DNA of 46,993 nt, taken from the IMG/VR virus record IMGVR_UViG_3300037483_000784, positions 1 through 46,993 of that record; one strand, written 5' to 3'. The notes below the pieces were generated by a model. That model saw only the letters and a program-made list of their open reading frames with translations. It was not told where the DNA came from and did not search any database. The position numbers and the translations under genes were made by a program. This document shows positions 35,932 to 45,919 of the stretch, piece after piece. Position 1 is the stretch's first letter, and each line of letters opens with the position of its first letter. This stretch comes from a virus (taxonomy: Duplodnaviria; Caudoviricetes).

Positions 35932-36350
35932 GCTTTGCAGATCAAATTACCAAACATGCAGAGACGTACCGCAAGCGTATGCGCGCTACTGCACGAGAGG
36001 CAGTGCAAGACACAGTGGCCATTGCACAGGAGACGCGCGGCGCTGGTGGCAGGATGCGTGTCGATACAGGGTTCCTTCGCGCCTCTATACAGGGCGCAAT
36101 CGGGCACATGCCTTCTGGACCAACAACCAATGGGGAAGACAAGAACTACCCTGATGGAACTGTTGTTGCTGGGGAGCCTGTTTCTGTTACGTTGCTGAAA
36201 TGGGAGCCGGGCGAACAGCATTTGTTCATTGGCTGGACGGCGAACTACGCGAGGCCACGAGAATACCAAGACGGCTTTTTACGCGGTGCTGTTGAACTGT
36301 GGCCCACCACTGTTGATGTTGCTGCGAGAAGAGTGAAAGCTAGAATATGA
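35928..36350 (+). CDS. Neck protein (HK97 gp10-like)
   Basis: Motifs MRVDTGFLRAS and WTANYARPREY. Confidence 0.8.
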   Translation: MSFADQITKHAETYRKRMRATAREAVQDTVAIAQETRGAGGRMRVDTGFLRASIQGAIGHMPSGPTTNGEDKNYPDGTVVAGEPVSVTLLKWEPGEQHLFIGWTANYARPREYQDGFLRGAVELWPTTVDVAARRVKARI

Positions 36351-36955
36351 TCAGGCATTCAAAATGGATTATATGCGCAAGCGGCCCCAGTTTCGGAGAA
36401 GTGTCTGTTGACTTGTTGAAGAGAATTCATCTGTCTGGGTGGAAAATTCTTGCTGTTAACCGAGCGTGGGAGCGTGTTCCGTTTTGTGATGCCATGTATG
36501 CCGGAGATGAGGATTGGTGGAATCATTACGGAAGATTTACATTGCGATATAGAGGGCAGAAGTTTGCGGGGCACCAGAAATCTGCAGCAAAACACGATGC
36601 AGTATATATCGAAAAAATTTCAGCTCCTGGCTTACGGAAAACGCCTGGCCAAGTTAATTCAGGCGGCAACTCAGGGCACCAAGGTATCAATCTGGTATGG
36701 CATCTCGGTGCAAACCAGATTGTCTTACTAGGATTCGATATGCGCTTGGACAACGGTGTGCACTTCCACGCTGATTATCCAGATGGCATGCTTAATGTGC
36801 CGCCAATGCATATTGCAGTATGGCGGCGTAATATGTGGAATATGAGCTTGGCACTGGCGAAAGAAGGAGTAAAAGTTCGCAACGCTACAAAGGGGAGCGC
36901 ACTGAAGTGTTTCCCGATGATGAATTTGGAGGATGTGCTGTGCTCTTTGGTATAA
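36347..36955 (+). CDS. Maf/DUF115-like (sialyltransferase-fold) putative glycosyltransferase 1
   Basis: ICASGPS, ILAVN, YAGD..WW, GGNSGHQGINL..HLGA.QIVLLGFD and N.T..SAL.CF. Confidence 0.75.
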   Translation: MIRHSKWIICASGPSFGEVSVDLLKRIHLSGWKILAVNRAWERVPFCDAMYAGDEDWWNHYGRFTLRYRGQKFAGHQKSAAKHDAVYIEKISAPGLRKTPGQVNSGGNSGHQGINLVWHLGANQIVLLGFDMRLDNGVHFHADYPDGMLNVPPMHIAVWRRNMWNMSLALAKEGVKVRNATKGSALKCFPMMNLEDVLCSLV

Positions 36956-37644
36956 CCAGAGTCAGAAACGAATCATTGATTCTCGAAGATTCACTGAGAC
37001 ACTTTTCGGAGTTCTGTGAAAAAATAGTTTTGTATGATGATTGTTCAACCGACAATACTGTTGAGATCGCAAGGAGCTTTGCTAATGTGATTGTTATTCA
37101 AGGAGACGAATGGCGCAAAGACAGAATGAATGAGGAAACTCGGCACCGTCACATCGTGATGGAAGTTGCTGTTGGTCAGGGCGCTGAATGGCTATTGTGC
37201 TTTGATGCTGATGAAAGGTTGGTTGGTGGGGCACCTGATTTGAGTGCAGACGCCTATACTTTCCGCTTGTACGATGGATATATGGTTGACGGGTCAAAGC
37301 CTTATACGCGTGGACCTTTGGAGGATTTACCGCGTATGTGGGGGCCAGAGTACCGTGATATCGTTATGTTATTCAACAAGAGAGCGCGATACGACAAGCC
37401 TGGGCAAAGGCAGCCATCTGTTGCCGGTAAAGTTGAAAAAGCCGACGTCAGCGTAAAACACTACGGCAAGTGCCTGTCTGTAGAACACTGGGAAGAGACT
37501 TGTGATTATTACGCAAAGCACTTTCCGGCAAAGTTTGCTAAAGTCTGGAATGCAAGACGCGGCAAAGCCATTCATGCCAAGTCTGATTTTGGGAGAGAGC
37601 TGCGCACGTGGGACGACGCAATTAAAAACGGGGTTCCGCTTTGA
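36940..37644 (+). CDS. GT2-like (GT-A) glycosyltransferase
   Basis: GTG start with GGAGGA RBS; TRVRNE, YDDCSTDNT and DxD motif FDADE. Confidence 0.85.
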   Translation: MLFGITRVRNESLILEDSLRHFSEFCEKIVLYDDCSTDNTVEIARSFANVIVIQGDEWRKDRMNEETRHRHIVMEVAVGQGAEWLLCFDADERLVGGAPDLSADAYTFRLYDGYMVDGSKPYTRGPLEDLPRMWGPEYRDIVMLFNKRARYDKPGQRQPSVAGKVEKADVSVKHYGKCLSVEHWEETCDYYAKHFPAKFAKVWNARRGKAIHAKSDFGRELRTWDDAIKNGVPL

Positions 37645-38435
37645 AAATTTTGCTTGCGTCAAAGTATGGGCCACACGGCAAGCGCCCAATTGGCGGGGTG
37701 CAGACGTGGGTGCATACTGTCAGAAATGAACTGGTGAAGTGCGGTCATGAAGTTGTGTTATATGAAGGTGGTCAGAAAGACCCACAGCAAGATTTTGACT
37801 TTGGCATATTTGCTAATTGGCGTCACACAGGACACTTGGTAGGACTGTGCAAGCGCGTTTTGCAAGTGTGTCACGGAATTATCGACGAAGAGCAACCGCA
37901 GTTCAGTAATGTTGCTTTTACTTCGGAGGAGGTGCGCGGGTACTGGCATGGAACAGGCCCGGTCATCAGGCAACCTATTGATTTGGAGTTTTGGCGACCG
38001 CAGCACTACAATTCTGGAAGATTTTTAACACGGCACAGTTATCGTCGGGGGTTAGAATTTCTTCCCGACGTCGCAAAAGAATTAAAACTGGTCTGGAGGC
38101 GTGTAAGGAATGTTGCACCTATAGAGTTGAGACAGGTTTTACAACATTCTGCTTGCGTTATTGCGACGGGCAGAGCTGCTCTTGAAGCCGTGGCGTGCGG
38201 CGCGCCTGTTGTTATTTGTGATCATCGCAGCGCATATCAAGGGCCACTGCTTGACACCGATACGATTGGCAGCATGATGAGAAACTATTCTGGGCGTGGT
38301 GGTGTTGAACCGAATCATGAAAATGTGAAGGCCGAGATCCAAAAAGCAATTGCTACTGGAAGCCTACGCTCCCACATTGAACAGCACCACGATGCAAGAA
38401 AAATAGTTGAGGAGCTTTTATGTCTGTGTGGATAA
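37641..38435 (+). CDS. GT4-like (GT-B) glycosyltransferase
   Basis: MKILL, GGVQTW......L...GHEV, PIDL..W and GRAALEAVACGAPVV. Confidence 0.85.
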   Translation: MKILLASKYGPHGKRPIGGVQTWVHTVRNELVKCGHEVVLYEGGQKDPQQDFDFGIFANWRHTGHLVGLCKRVLQVCHGIIDEEQPQFSNVAFTSEEVRGYWHGTGPVIRQPIDLEFWRPQHYNSGRFLTRHSYRRGLEFLPDVAKELKLVWRRVRNVAPIELRQVLQHSACVIATGRAALEAVACGAPVVICDHRSAYQGPLLDTDTIGSMMRNYSGRGGVEPNHENVKAEIQKAIATGSLRSHIEQHHDARKIVEELLCLCG

Positions 38436-39109
38436 TTACACCAACAGGAGGGAGGCCGCGGGCGTTGAGCTTGCTTGGTGAGTACATCAACGGCCAAACA
38501 TATAAAGGCGAAATAAATTGGGTTATCGTTGACGATTGCGATCCACAGAGCAGAGTGCCAACAGCCAGGCCCGGCGTTAATGTAACTGTCATACGGCCAT
38601 CGTGGCGATGGAAGGCAGGGATGAATACACAAGCGGCTTGCACGACCGCTGCTCTTGAAGCTGTTCCTGACGATGCTGTTCTGTTTTGTTGTGAAGATGA
38701 TGATGCTTATTTGCCCGAATATATAGGCACCATGCTTGCGGCGCTGGACAGCTATGACCTCGTTGGCGAACATGTGTCGCGTTATTACAATGTGAGAACG
38801 AGAAAGTTCAAAGAACTGGTCGGAGAGTACCATTCGTCACTCGCTTGCACTGCGATGTGTGGGTCTGCCGTTTCTGTATTGCGTGATGTTTGTAAAGACA
38901 AGAACCGCTACATAGATATGACACTTTGGAAGTTGTTCAAAGGTAGCAAGATGCTGGTCGAGACACAAAATGTAATTGGGATAAAAGGGATGCCAGGGCG
39001 TGGCGGCATTGGCGTCGGACACCGAGGACATTTCGGGAGTCCTGACTTGGACGGGTCGGTATTAAAATCTTGGCTTGGGGAATTTGCATCAGCATATGAA
39101 CAATTGTGA
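38420..39109 (+). CDS. GT2-like (GT-A) glycosyltransferase
   Basis: IITPTGGRP, QTY, WVIVDD, EDDDAY and GIKGMPGR.GIG.GH. Confidence 0.82.
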   Translation: MSVWIITPTGGRPRALSLLGEYINGQTYKGEINWVIVDDCDPQSRVPTARPGVNVTVIRPSWRWKAGMNTQAACTTAALEAVPDDAVLFCCEDDDAYLPEYIGTMLAALDSYDLVGEHVSRYYNVRTRKFKELVGEYHSSLACTAMCGSAVSVLRDVCKDKNRYIDMTLWKLFKGSKMLVETQNVIGIKGMPGRGGIGVGHRGHFGSPDLDGSVLKSWLGEFASAYEQL

Positions 39110-39656
39110 TACATGGTTCATTTTTGCTACTGGCCCCTCGTTCTTACGGCAAGATGCTGAAAAGGTGCGGTGGTGCAAAACGGTTGCCGTTAATAATGCC
39201 GTGTTCTTTGCACCTTGGGCTGATATTTTATATGCTTGTGATGCAAAGTGGTGGAATTGTTATGGGAAGAGCCTTGGCTTCTTCAAGGGGCAGCGATATT
39301 CGTTTCAACGGGTGCCCGGTACTGAGCGGTTTTATCGACAGCAAGGATTCCCCGGCCTTGCTGGCAACTCCGGAAACCAGGCAATCCAGCTGGTGGCGTC
39401 GATGGGGGCAAAGAGGATTGGCTTGCTTGGGTTCGATCATCAGCACACAGGCGGCAAGAAGCATTGTCACGCTGATCACCCGAAAAGGCTTGGCAATGCC
39501 GGTAGTGTTGCCGCGTGGTCGGGGTTGATGGAGCAGACAGCGAAAGTGTTAAAACGTAAAGGTGTAGAGGTGATAAATTGCTCAAGAGAAACAGCAATCA
39601 CATGCCTTCCAAGAATGACGGTGGACGAATTCAATGATCACTACAGAAATACTTGA
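39096..39656 (+). CDS. Maf/DUF115-like putative glycosyltransferase 2 (paralogue of 36347..36955)
   Basis: FATGPS, VAVNN, YACD.KWW, GNSGNQAI.L...GAKRIGLLGFD and INCSRETAI.C. Confidence 0.75.
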   Translation: MNNCDTWFIFATGPSFLRQDAEKVRWCKTVAVNNAVFFAPWADILYACDAKWWNCYGKSLGFFKGQRYSFQRVPGTERFYRQQGFPGLAGNSGNQAIQLVASMGAKRIGLLGFDHQHTGGKKHCHADHPKRLGNAGSVAAWSGLMEQTAKVLKRKGVEVINCSRETAITCLPRMTVDEFNDHYRNT

Positions 39657-40041
39657 AGCGTGCTTGGAGAGGTTAAGGGATTTTGACTATTCCCCGCCTA
39701 TTCCTGTTGCTTGGCCGGGGGTTGATCTTGATCCCCCGGAGGAGGGGGTTTGGCTGGACGCATTGAATTTTCCGAATCAGCCACGCGACTTGGCATGGGG
39801 TGATGATTCATGCCACGACACATTTGGGTTTTTTCAGGTGCGCGTTTTCTTCCGCCCTGGAGTTGGGCAGGTTGTCCCTTCAACAATTGCCGATTTGTTG
39901 ATCGCATTTTTTCCTAAAGGACTCGCACTTGGCCCTGTACGTGTAAGACAGCGACCATGGCAAAGCCCTTTGGTAACGATGCCAGACAAACTTTACATTC
40001 CGGTCACAATTCCGTGGCGTGGAATAACTGAGGTGATGTAA
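39634..40041 (+). CDS. Tail terminator protein
   Basis: PVAWP, GFFQVRVF..PG.G, FPKG and IPVTIPW; precedes the tail tube gene. Confidence 0.8.
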   Translation: MITTEILEACLERLRDFDYSPPIPVAWPGVDLDPPEEGVWLDALNFPNQPRDLAWGDDSCHDTFGFFQVRVFFRPGVGQVVPSTIADLLIAFFPKGLALGPVRVRQRPWQSPLVTMPDKLYIPVTIPWRGITEVM

Positions 40042-40104
40042 TTTGATCTCGACGCAAACAACACGTCGATTACCTATAAATTTTCTTAAGTGGAGGGCAA
40101 CATA

Positions 40105-40569
40105 ATGCCTGCATGTGAAATTACAAACTCTGGTGGTGTTTTTTCCATCTCAACAACTGAAGCAGGATGTGACGATCTTGCTCTTAGCGACTTTGCCGCG
40201 TTAACTTATGCTCTGGTCCCGAACATGGGTACGCACGGTGATACCGGCATATCTCAGAACTTGGTCAGCTATTCCACGTGGGATCGAAACGTAACTCGCA
40301 AAGGCAAAGGCGAAGCAGATGCGCAAAGCCCACAGGTCGAATTCCTGGACACTGAAAGTGCCGGGATGGACATCATGCTGACTGCTGCTGATGTTGATAA
40401 TCAGACAAACTACGCATTTCGAATAGTTTGGCCTGACGGCAGCACCGAATACAATCGTGGCTTGGTAACTGGCCCGATGCGTATGAAAGGTGGCAACGAA
40501 GATTTCAAGCGTGTGCAGTTCACACTTGGCCTTCAACAACCACCTGTAATTTTGGAAGCAAGCACCTAA
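40105..40569 (+). CDS. Major tail tube protein
   Basis: GGAGG RBS; K.KG.ADA, NYAFRI.WPDG...Y.RGLV. Confidence 0.85.
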   Translation: MPACEITNSGGVFSISTTEAGCDDLALSDFAALTYALVPNMGTHGDTGISQNLVSYSTWDRNVTRKGKGEADAQSPQVEFLDTESAGMDIMLTAADVDNQTNYAFRIVWPDGSTEYNRGLVTGPMRMKGGNEDFKRVQFTLGLQQPPVILEAST

Positions 40570-40605
40570 GCTTCTAATCCATCAACTTGATTAAAGGAAA
40601 TCAAT

Positions 40606-40995
40606 ATGACTACTGATCTTTCAACCATTCGGGCAGAGGACCGCTCTGCCCATCTTTTACACCCCAAGACTGGTGATGAACTTGGCCTCGTTTTCGAACT
40701 TCGTTCGCCCTACGACGATGAAGTACAAAAGGTACAACGTGAATGGCAGAACCATCGCCTGCACCCAAAACGTCGTAACAAATCTATCACCATGGAAGAA
40801 ATGGAATCATTCCAGGACAAGCGCATCGTTGCGGCTGTAAAAGGCTGGGCGTGGGAAGACGCGGAACTGACCATTAACGGCGATCAGCCTGAATACTCAC
40901 CACAGGTGCTGAAGGGCTGGCTGAAGGATGAAAAGATGAAATGGTTGCGTGAATTCCTGGTGGAGGAAACGGAAGACCTCGCAAGTTTTTTCTAA
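40606..40995 (+). CDS. Tail assembly chaperone (G-like)
   Basis: AAGGA RBS; LLHPKTG and VKGW; ends with a slippery T TTT TTC TAA. Confidence 0.85.
   Translation: MTTDLSTIRAEDRSAHLLHPKTGDELGLVFELRSPYDDEVQKVQREWQNHRLHPKRRNKSITMEEMESFQDKRIVAAVKGWAWEDAELTINGDQPEYSPQVLKGWLKDEKMKWLREFLVEETEDLASFF
40986..40992 (+). other. Programmed -1 ribosomal frameshift site (T TTT TTC)
   Basis: The -1 frame is open into ORF 40998..41396, which lacks its own ATG/RBS; classic G/GT arrangement before the tape measure gene. Confidence 0.8.
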
Positions 40996-40997
40996 TA

Positions 40998-41396
40998 TTG
41001 CAGGAAGAACTTTGTGAAGCAGTAAAGCACCAAGTTCGATACCACATGAAATGGGGGCACAAGATAGCGTCCAAGGGTGGGCCTATTGATGTAACCAGGG
41101 CGGAGTTTAACGAGTCGTTTGGCGCTCAGGTGCCAGACGCACCTGTTGTCTCGCTGGAGTATGTGTTGTCATGGTTCTGGCACCTGAGTAATCGACGCGC
41201 ACCGGGCTTTGATGGTGTTGCCCCGATTAGTTATACCGAAATAGGCAGCTGGACAGCGTTAACAAGGACGATCGTTACACCGTCAGAAATTGAGCTGTTG
41301 GTTGCAATGGACAACGCTTACTTAGAGCAAATTGGAATTGAGAGAACAGCAAAACGTGAACGCGATGCACCACCAACCGGAACGAAGAAACGCTAA
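40998..41396 (+). CDS. Tail assembly chaperone frameshift extension (T-like)
   Basis: WFWHLS.RR..GF.G..PISYTEI..W......P.EI..L..MD. Confidence 0.8.
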   Translation: MQEELCEAVKHQVRYHMKWGHKIASKGGPIDVTRAEFNESFGAQVPDAPVVSLEYVLSWFWHLSNRRAPGFDGVAPISYTEIGSWTALTRTIVTPSEIELLVAMDNAYLEQIGIERTAKRERDAPPTGTKKR

Positions 41397-44300
41397 TGGC
41401 CATTGACATTGCAGAGCTGGGTATGTCTGTTCGTAGTGACGGTGTTGTTGTTGCTGACGACCGTTTACGCGGCCTGGAAAGGCAATCTGGCAAAACCGAA
41501 AAGGCAATTGATCGTTTGATTCGTCAGACTGATCGGCTCGGAAAGTCACTAACCAGTTTTGGCAGGTCGTTATCATTAAGAGTGACGGCGCCAATCGTGG
41601 CGATGGGGCTTGCGGCTGTTATGTCGGCGTCGGACTTTGAAAGTTCATTTGCCGACATAAGAAAAACAGTCAATGCCACAGAAAAAGAATTTGCTGTCAT
41701 GTCCCGTGAAATTCGGGATTTGTCAAAGCAAGTACCCACAACCGTCAATGAGTTAAACAGGCTTGGGGGCGTAGCCGGGCAGTTGGGTGTTGAGAGTAAG
41801 AACATAGTCGCGTTCACTCGCACTATTGCGATGCTCGGTGACACTACTGACATTGCTGGAGAGCAAGCGGCACTTTCGATAAGCCGGTTTATGAACATCA
41901 TGGGGACAGCTCAACGTAACATAGATAGAGTTGGTTCAACTATAGTTGGCTTGGGGAACAACTTTGCCGCGATGGAAAGTGAAATTGTTGACATTGGCAC
42001 ATCGCTTGCCAGTTTTGGAAGGCAGATGCGATTGAGTGAACCACAAGTCTTGGCTTTTGCTGCTGCCATTGCTGCGTCCGGCGGAGAAAGTGCAGCGGCT
42101 TCAACAGCATTTCAGAAAGCAGCAAGTACCATGCAGCGGGCTGTTATCGAAATGAATGAAGATTTGGTTGTGTTTGCCGATACCGCCGGGGTCAGCGTCG
42201 GCAAGTTCTCACGATTGTTCAGGGAGGATGCCGCCGGGGCACTGGTTGAATTCCTTGCTGGATTGAACAGGATAAGTGAGCGCGGCGAAAGTGTGGGAGC
42301 TGTGCTTGAGAAGCTTGGCCTTGCCGACCAGAGGCTGCAGAGAGAATTTGGAAAAGTTGCGGGGAATCTTGACCAACTTGTATCTGCGATTGCGCTTGCT
42401 GATGCCGCGTGGGAAAGTAATACAGCGCTCACCGAGGAGGCTCTGAAAAGGTACGAGACGTTCAAAAGTCAGATGCTCATCCTCAAGAACACTATTAATG
42501 ACCTCGGTATAACCATCGGGAATGACCTTATCCCGCATATCATAAGGTTAAATGACTGGCTCAAAGGCATTATCAGCAGCATCGATTCTGCAAGTTCCGA
42601 AACGCGCACCCTCGTTATTAAAGTCGCGGCAGTTGCGGCTGTAGTGGGGCCAGCAGTAATTGTGTTGGGCTTATTTGTTTCGTCGCTGGCTGCGATCGGC
42701 AAGGCTGCTGTGCTATTGACACCATTTCTTGGCTCGATGGCCGTGGCTATTGCGGCCATCGGGGCGTTTATCGGCTTAATAGCTGTAGAGATTGAGCGAC
42801 GGTTTGTACCGGGCATGGAGGACATCGGTCGTACTGGGCAAATACTCAATGTGCTGATAAGAGCTTGGGTTGTCTTGAGGGAAGTCGCCCTAGCAGCTGG
42901 TGAAGCAATATTTGGAATTGGCACTGCCATAGTTGGAATTATACAAGGCATAACGGCACCAATAGCTGCAATAGTCCATTCGATGGTTACTGCCCTGGAT
43001 GAACTGAGGAAGGGCAACTTGAAGGCTGCGGCTACAGCTCTGTCTGCATCAAGTCAATTTGCGGTAATGAATCAAATAATGGCGGAAGCAGAAGAAAAAG
43101 TTCGCAATGGGTTGGGGTTTTCTGCTGAATCGCTGGGGGAAAGAATTTCTAAGGCGATGTCGGAAGTGACTGAGTTGCGTGATGAGGTAGTTGACGCAGG
43201 GAAAGCGAGTAAAAAAGCAACAACAGAAATATCCACTGGCTTCCAGGCGACAAATAGCTTTCTTAAAAATACCAATGCGATCATGAAAGAAATCGGATTG
43301 GGTATGGAGAATCTGCTTGAGATTTCGTCCGATGAAAATTTCAATTTTTTCGAGCACAAAGGGGTTGAGCAAAGAATCACAGACCAAGAAAAACTGATCG
43401 AACTAATGCGCGACGAAAAAGCAGCGCTGGAAGGCGGATCAAAAGCGTGGAAGGCTTACGAAAGGGCACTATTCCAGACGCAAAAAGTTGAGGAGCTTAA
43501 CAAGACTGCGTTGGAAGGTGGCACCAAGGCTACTCAAGCGCAAATCGAAATTGTGCGTGAGTTGGCAGGAGCGATCTTCGATTTGCAAAACGCATCAGAA
43601 GGATTGGATTTAGAAAGGTCATTTTCCAAATTCTTTGAGGAGCTATCGAGTAATGGTGACGATGCGTTTAAAAATTTGGCAGAGTCATTCAGGCTATCAT
43701 TTATTGAAGGGGCGACGTCCAGTCTTTTTGACATGATAGAAGATTTTGGCGACGAGTTTGTTAAAGGCTTCGAAGATGTTGGGCCAGAAATCGCTGTAGT
43801 GTTACAAGCTGCACTCGTTGCCGGGATAGAAGGCTCAGACCGTGCTATTGCAAGTGCTGTGGGTGCCGCCATAGGTGCTGCTGTTGGTGGAAAGGAAGGG
43901 GCACAAATAGGTGCTTTTATAGGTGATCTTATCGGTAGCACTTTCAGTGGCGGCACTCCGTCTGGTAATGCAGGGCTTCTGCTTGGCAATCCGCCTGGCG
44001 TCAGCAGTGACAGAAAATTTGGTGGTTTCGATTTGTTCGGACAGCAAGCGCAAGTGTTCGCACGCAGAGACGACCAGGACGCGGCTATAGCAGCTTCCAG
44101 GCAGTTTATTACACTCGAAGAAACCATAGCAAAAACATTATCTGGGGTTGGTCTTGAGCTTGATCAATTTAGGATCAGCCTGGTGGGGCTTGATGAAAAT
44201 GCACAAGGCACTGGCGCATTTTTGGGCCAGGCCGTGGAGGACGGGGAGGCTGTTGGGCAGAGTGTGGCCATGCAACTTCTTTCTGTGGCACGCCAAGCAA

Positions 44301-45919
44301 TCAGACAAATAGCCGAACAAGACGCAGGACTTATTCCGCCTGAAGTCTTGGAACAAATTCTTTTCCCGAAAGGCGCTGCTACCGTTGTTGGTGATGTCAC
44401 TAACGCACTGCAAGAATTTTTCTTGACTGTGGATCAATCTGACCTGATGTCAGGGTTTGTTGAAAAGTTTGCTTCGGATGAGCAGAAGTTTAAAATTGTC
44501 TCTGATAAAATTGCAGCGGCGTTTGCCTCTGTAGGGCTGGTAGTGCCAAAAACGCGAGAAGAATTATTAGCTCTTGTCAATGCGCTTGATCACTCGACAG
44601 AAGCTGGGCACAAGCAAATAACAACTTTGCTCAATATAGCAGACCTTGCAGACAACTATTACACCTTTGTTGAAAAACAGGAAGAAGAGAGGCTACAAGC
44701 AATCATCAAATCAACAAGTGCGATGCGTGAATTTACCGATTCTGCAGTTTCATTTTTTGAAGAGGCCGACTCTGGGATAAGAAATCTTGCAAGCTCTATC
44801 GCCTCCGACATAGCTACGTTAACAGGTTCTGTAACTGCTTCTATCAGCGATTCGGTAAGTGCGCAGCTTGCGTATTTAGAAGGTCTGCGCCAAAAAGCAT
44901 TGCTGGACCACGCAGAGCAAATAAGACAAGAGCAAGCACTGCACAACACCCGCATCAATCTCGCAAAATCACTGATGCAATATGCTCAGAACTTGCGCAC
45001 GGGGGCTTTATCGCCCTTGGCTAATGCAGAGCGTTTCGCGTTGGCACAACAGAATTTTAGGTCTACATTGTCATCGACATTAGCCGGGGATGTGGACGCG
45101 GCTGCAAAACTGCAAGAGTCCGCAGGCACCTTTTCAGAGCTTTCACGATTTATGTTTGCGAGCAGTCCAACTCACACCGCCAACATGGACGAGATACTTG
45201 CTGGGCTTGACCAGGCCGCAGGGCTACTGGGGTCAAGCGAATTTAATCCGCAAGCAGCAAACGATTTGCTGCTTGAGCAACTTAGGCTGATTAATGAACA
45301 GCTCGAAAAATTGCCGGATGATTTTTCACGCAAGCTAGCGCCGGTAATTTTTGGTGCCATTACACAATTGTTGGCACAAGGTAAAACGCCCACACAGGTC
45401 GCGAATGTGATTAAAGGGTTGGGAGACACAGCCATAGCAGCCACAGAAATTGCAATCCCTGGATTTATCAAGAATAATGCGACAACAGCGGAGCAAGCAA
45501 CGGCTGAATTCAAAAAGATACAAGAATTGGGCTTGTCCCCACTTGATACCGTTCGTGCTGTTGCCGAAGCCGCCAAAGCTGCAAACCTGACAGCCGAACA
45601 AGCAGGTGACCTGCTCGGATTTAGCCGAGAAGAGGTAGCGCGCAATTTGGCATTGGCAGGCATCCCTGCATTCAGTAGTGGTGGCCCGGTAGAATCGACA
45701 GGGCCAATATTGGCGCACGGGGGCGAACATGTTATCACCAGCGATCGCAGCAACTTGGTGGTCAATGTCAATCAGAAAGGTATTGAAGAATTGCGTGAGT
45801 TGTTGAGGGAAATTCGTGATCAAAACCGAAGATACCAAGACCAGGATTTAAAAGACAGTGGTGCCATCAAGCGTGCCATTACAGAACAAGCAGAGTCATC
45901 TAGGAGACGGCAGAAGTGA
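41396..45919 (+). CDS. Tape measure protein (TP901-type core)
   Basis: 1507-aa Ala-rich helical protein; FESSFADIRKTV, GNNFAA.ESEI and C-terminal PAFSSGG..LAHGGE.V. Confidence 0.93.
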   Translation: MAIDIAELGMSVRSDGVVVADDRLRGLERQSGKTEKAIDRLIRQTDRLGKSLTSFGRSLSLRVTAPIVAMGLAAVMSASDFESSFADIRKTVNATEKEFAVMSREIRDLSKQVPTTVNELNRLGGVAGQLGVESKNIVAFTRTIAMLGDTTDIAGEQAALSISRFMNIMGTAQRNIDRVGSTIVGLGNNFAAMESEIVDIGTSLASFGRQMRLSEPQVLAFAAAIAASGGESAAASTAFQKAASTMQRAVIEMNEDLVVFADTAGVSVGKFSRLFREDAAGALVEFLAGLNRISERGESVGAVLEKLGLADQRLQREFGKVAGNLDQLVSAIALADAAWESNTALTEEALKRYETFKSQMLILKNTINDLGITIGNDLIPHIIRLNDWLKGIISSIDSASSETRTLVIKVAAVAAVVGPAVIVLGLFVSSLAAIGKAAVLLTPFLGSMAVAIAAIGAFIGLIAVEIERRFVPGMEDIGRTGQILNVLIRAWVVLREVALAAGEAIFGIGTAIVGIIQGITAPIAAIVHSMVTALDELRKGNLKAAATALSASSQFAVMNQIMAEAEEKVRNGLGFSAESLGERISKAMSEVTELRDEVVDAGKASKKATTEISTGFQATNSFLKNTNAIMKEIGLGMENLLEISSDENFNFFEHKGVEQRITDQEKLIELMRDEKAALEGGSKAWKAYERALFQTQKVEELNKTALEGGTKATQAQIEIVRELAGAIFDLQNASEGLDLERSFSKFFEELSSNGDDAFKNLAESFRLSFIEGATSSLFDMIEDFGDEFVKGFEDVGPEIAVVLQAALVAGIEGSDRAIASAVGAAIGAAVGGKEGAQIGAFIGDLIGSTFSGGTPSGNAGLLLGNPPGVSSDRKFGGFDLFGQQAQVFARRDDQDAAIAASRQFITLEETIAKTLSGVGLELDQFRISLVGLDENAQGTGAFLGQAVEDGEAVGQSVAMQLLSVARQAIRQIAEQDAGLIPPEVLEQILFPKGAATVVGDVTNALQEFFLTVDQSDLMSGFVEKFASDEQKFKIVSDKIAAAFASVGLVVPKTREELLALVNALDHSTEAGHKQITTLLNIADLADNYYTFVEKQEEERLQAIIKSTSAMREFTDSAVSFFEEADSGIRNLASSIASDIATLTGSVTASISDSVSAQLAYLEGLRQKALLDHAEQIRQEQALHNTRINLAKSLMQYAQNLRTGALSPLANAERFALAQQNFRSTLSSTLAGDVDAAAKLQESAGTFSELSRFMFASSPTHTANMDEILAGLDQAAGLLGSSEFNPQAANDLLLEQLRLINEQLEKLPDDFSRKLAPVIFGAITQLLAQGKTPTQVANVIKGLGDTAIAATEIAIPGFIKNNATTAEQATAEFKKIQELGLSPLDTVRAVAEAAKAANLTAEQAGDLLGFSREEVARNLALAGIPAFSSGGPVESTGPILAHGGEHVITSDRSNLVVNVNQKGIEELRELLREIRDQNRRYQDQDLKDSGAIKRAITEQAESSRRRQK

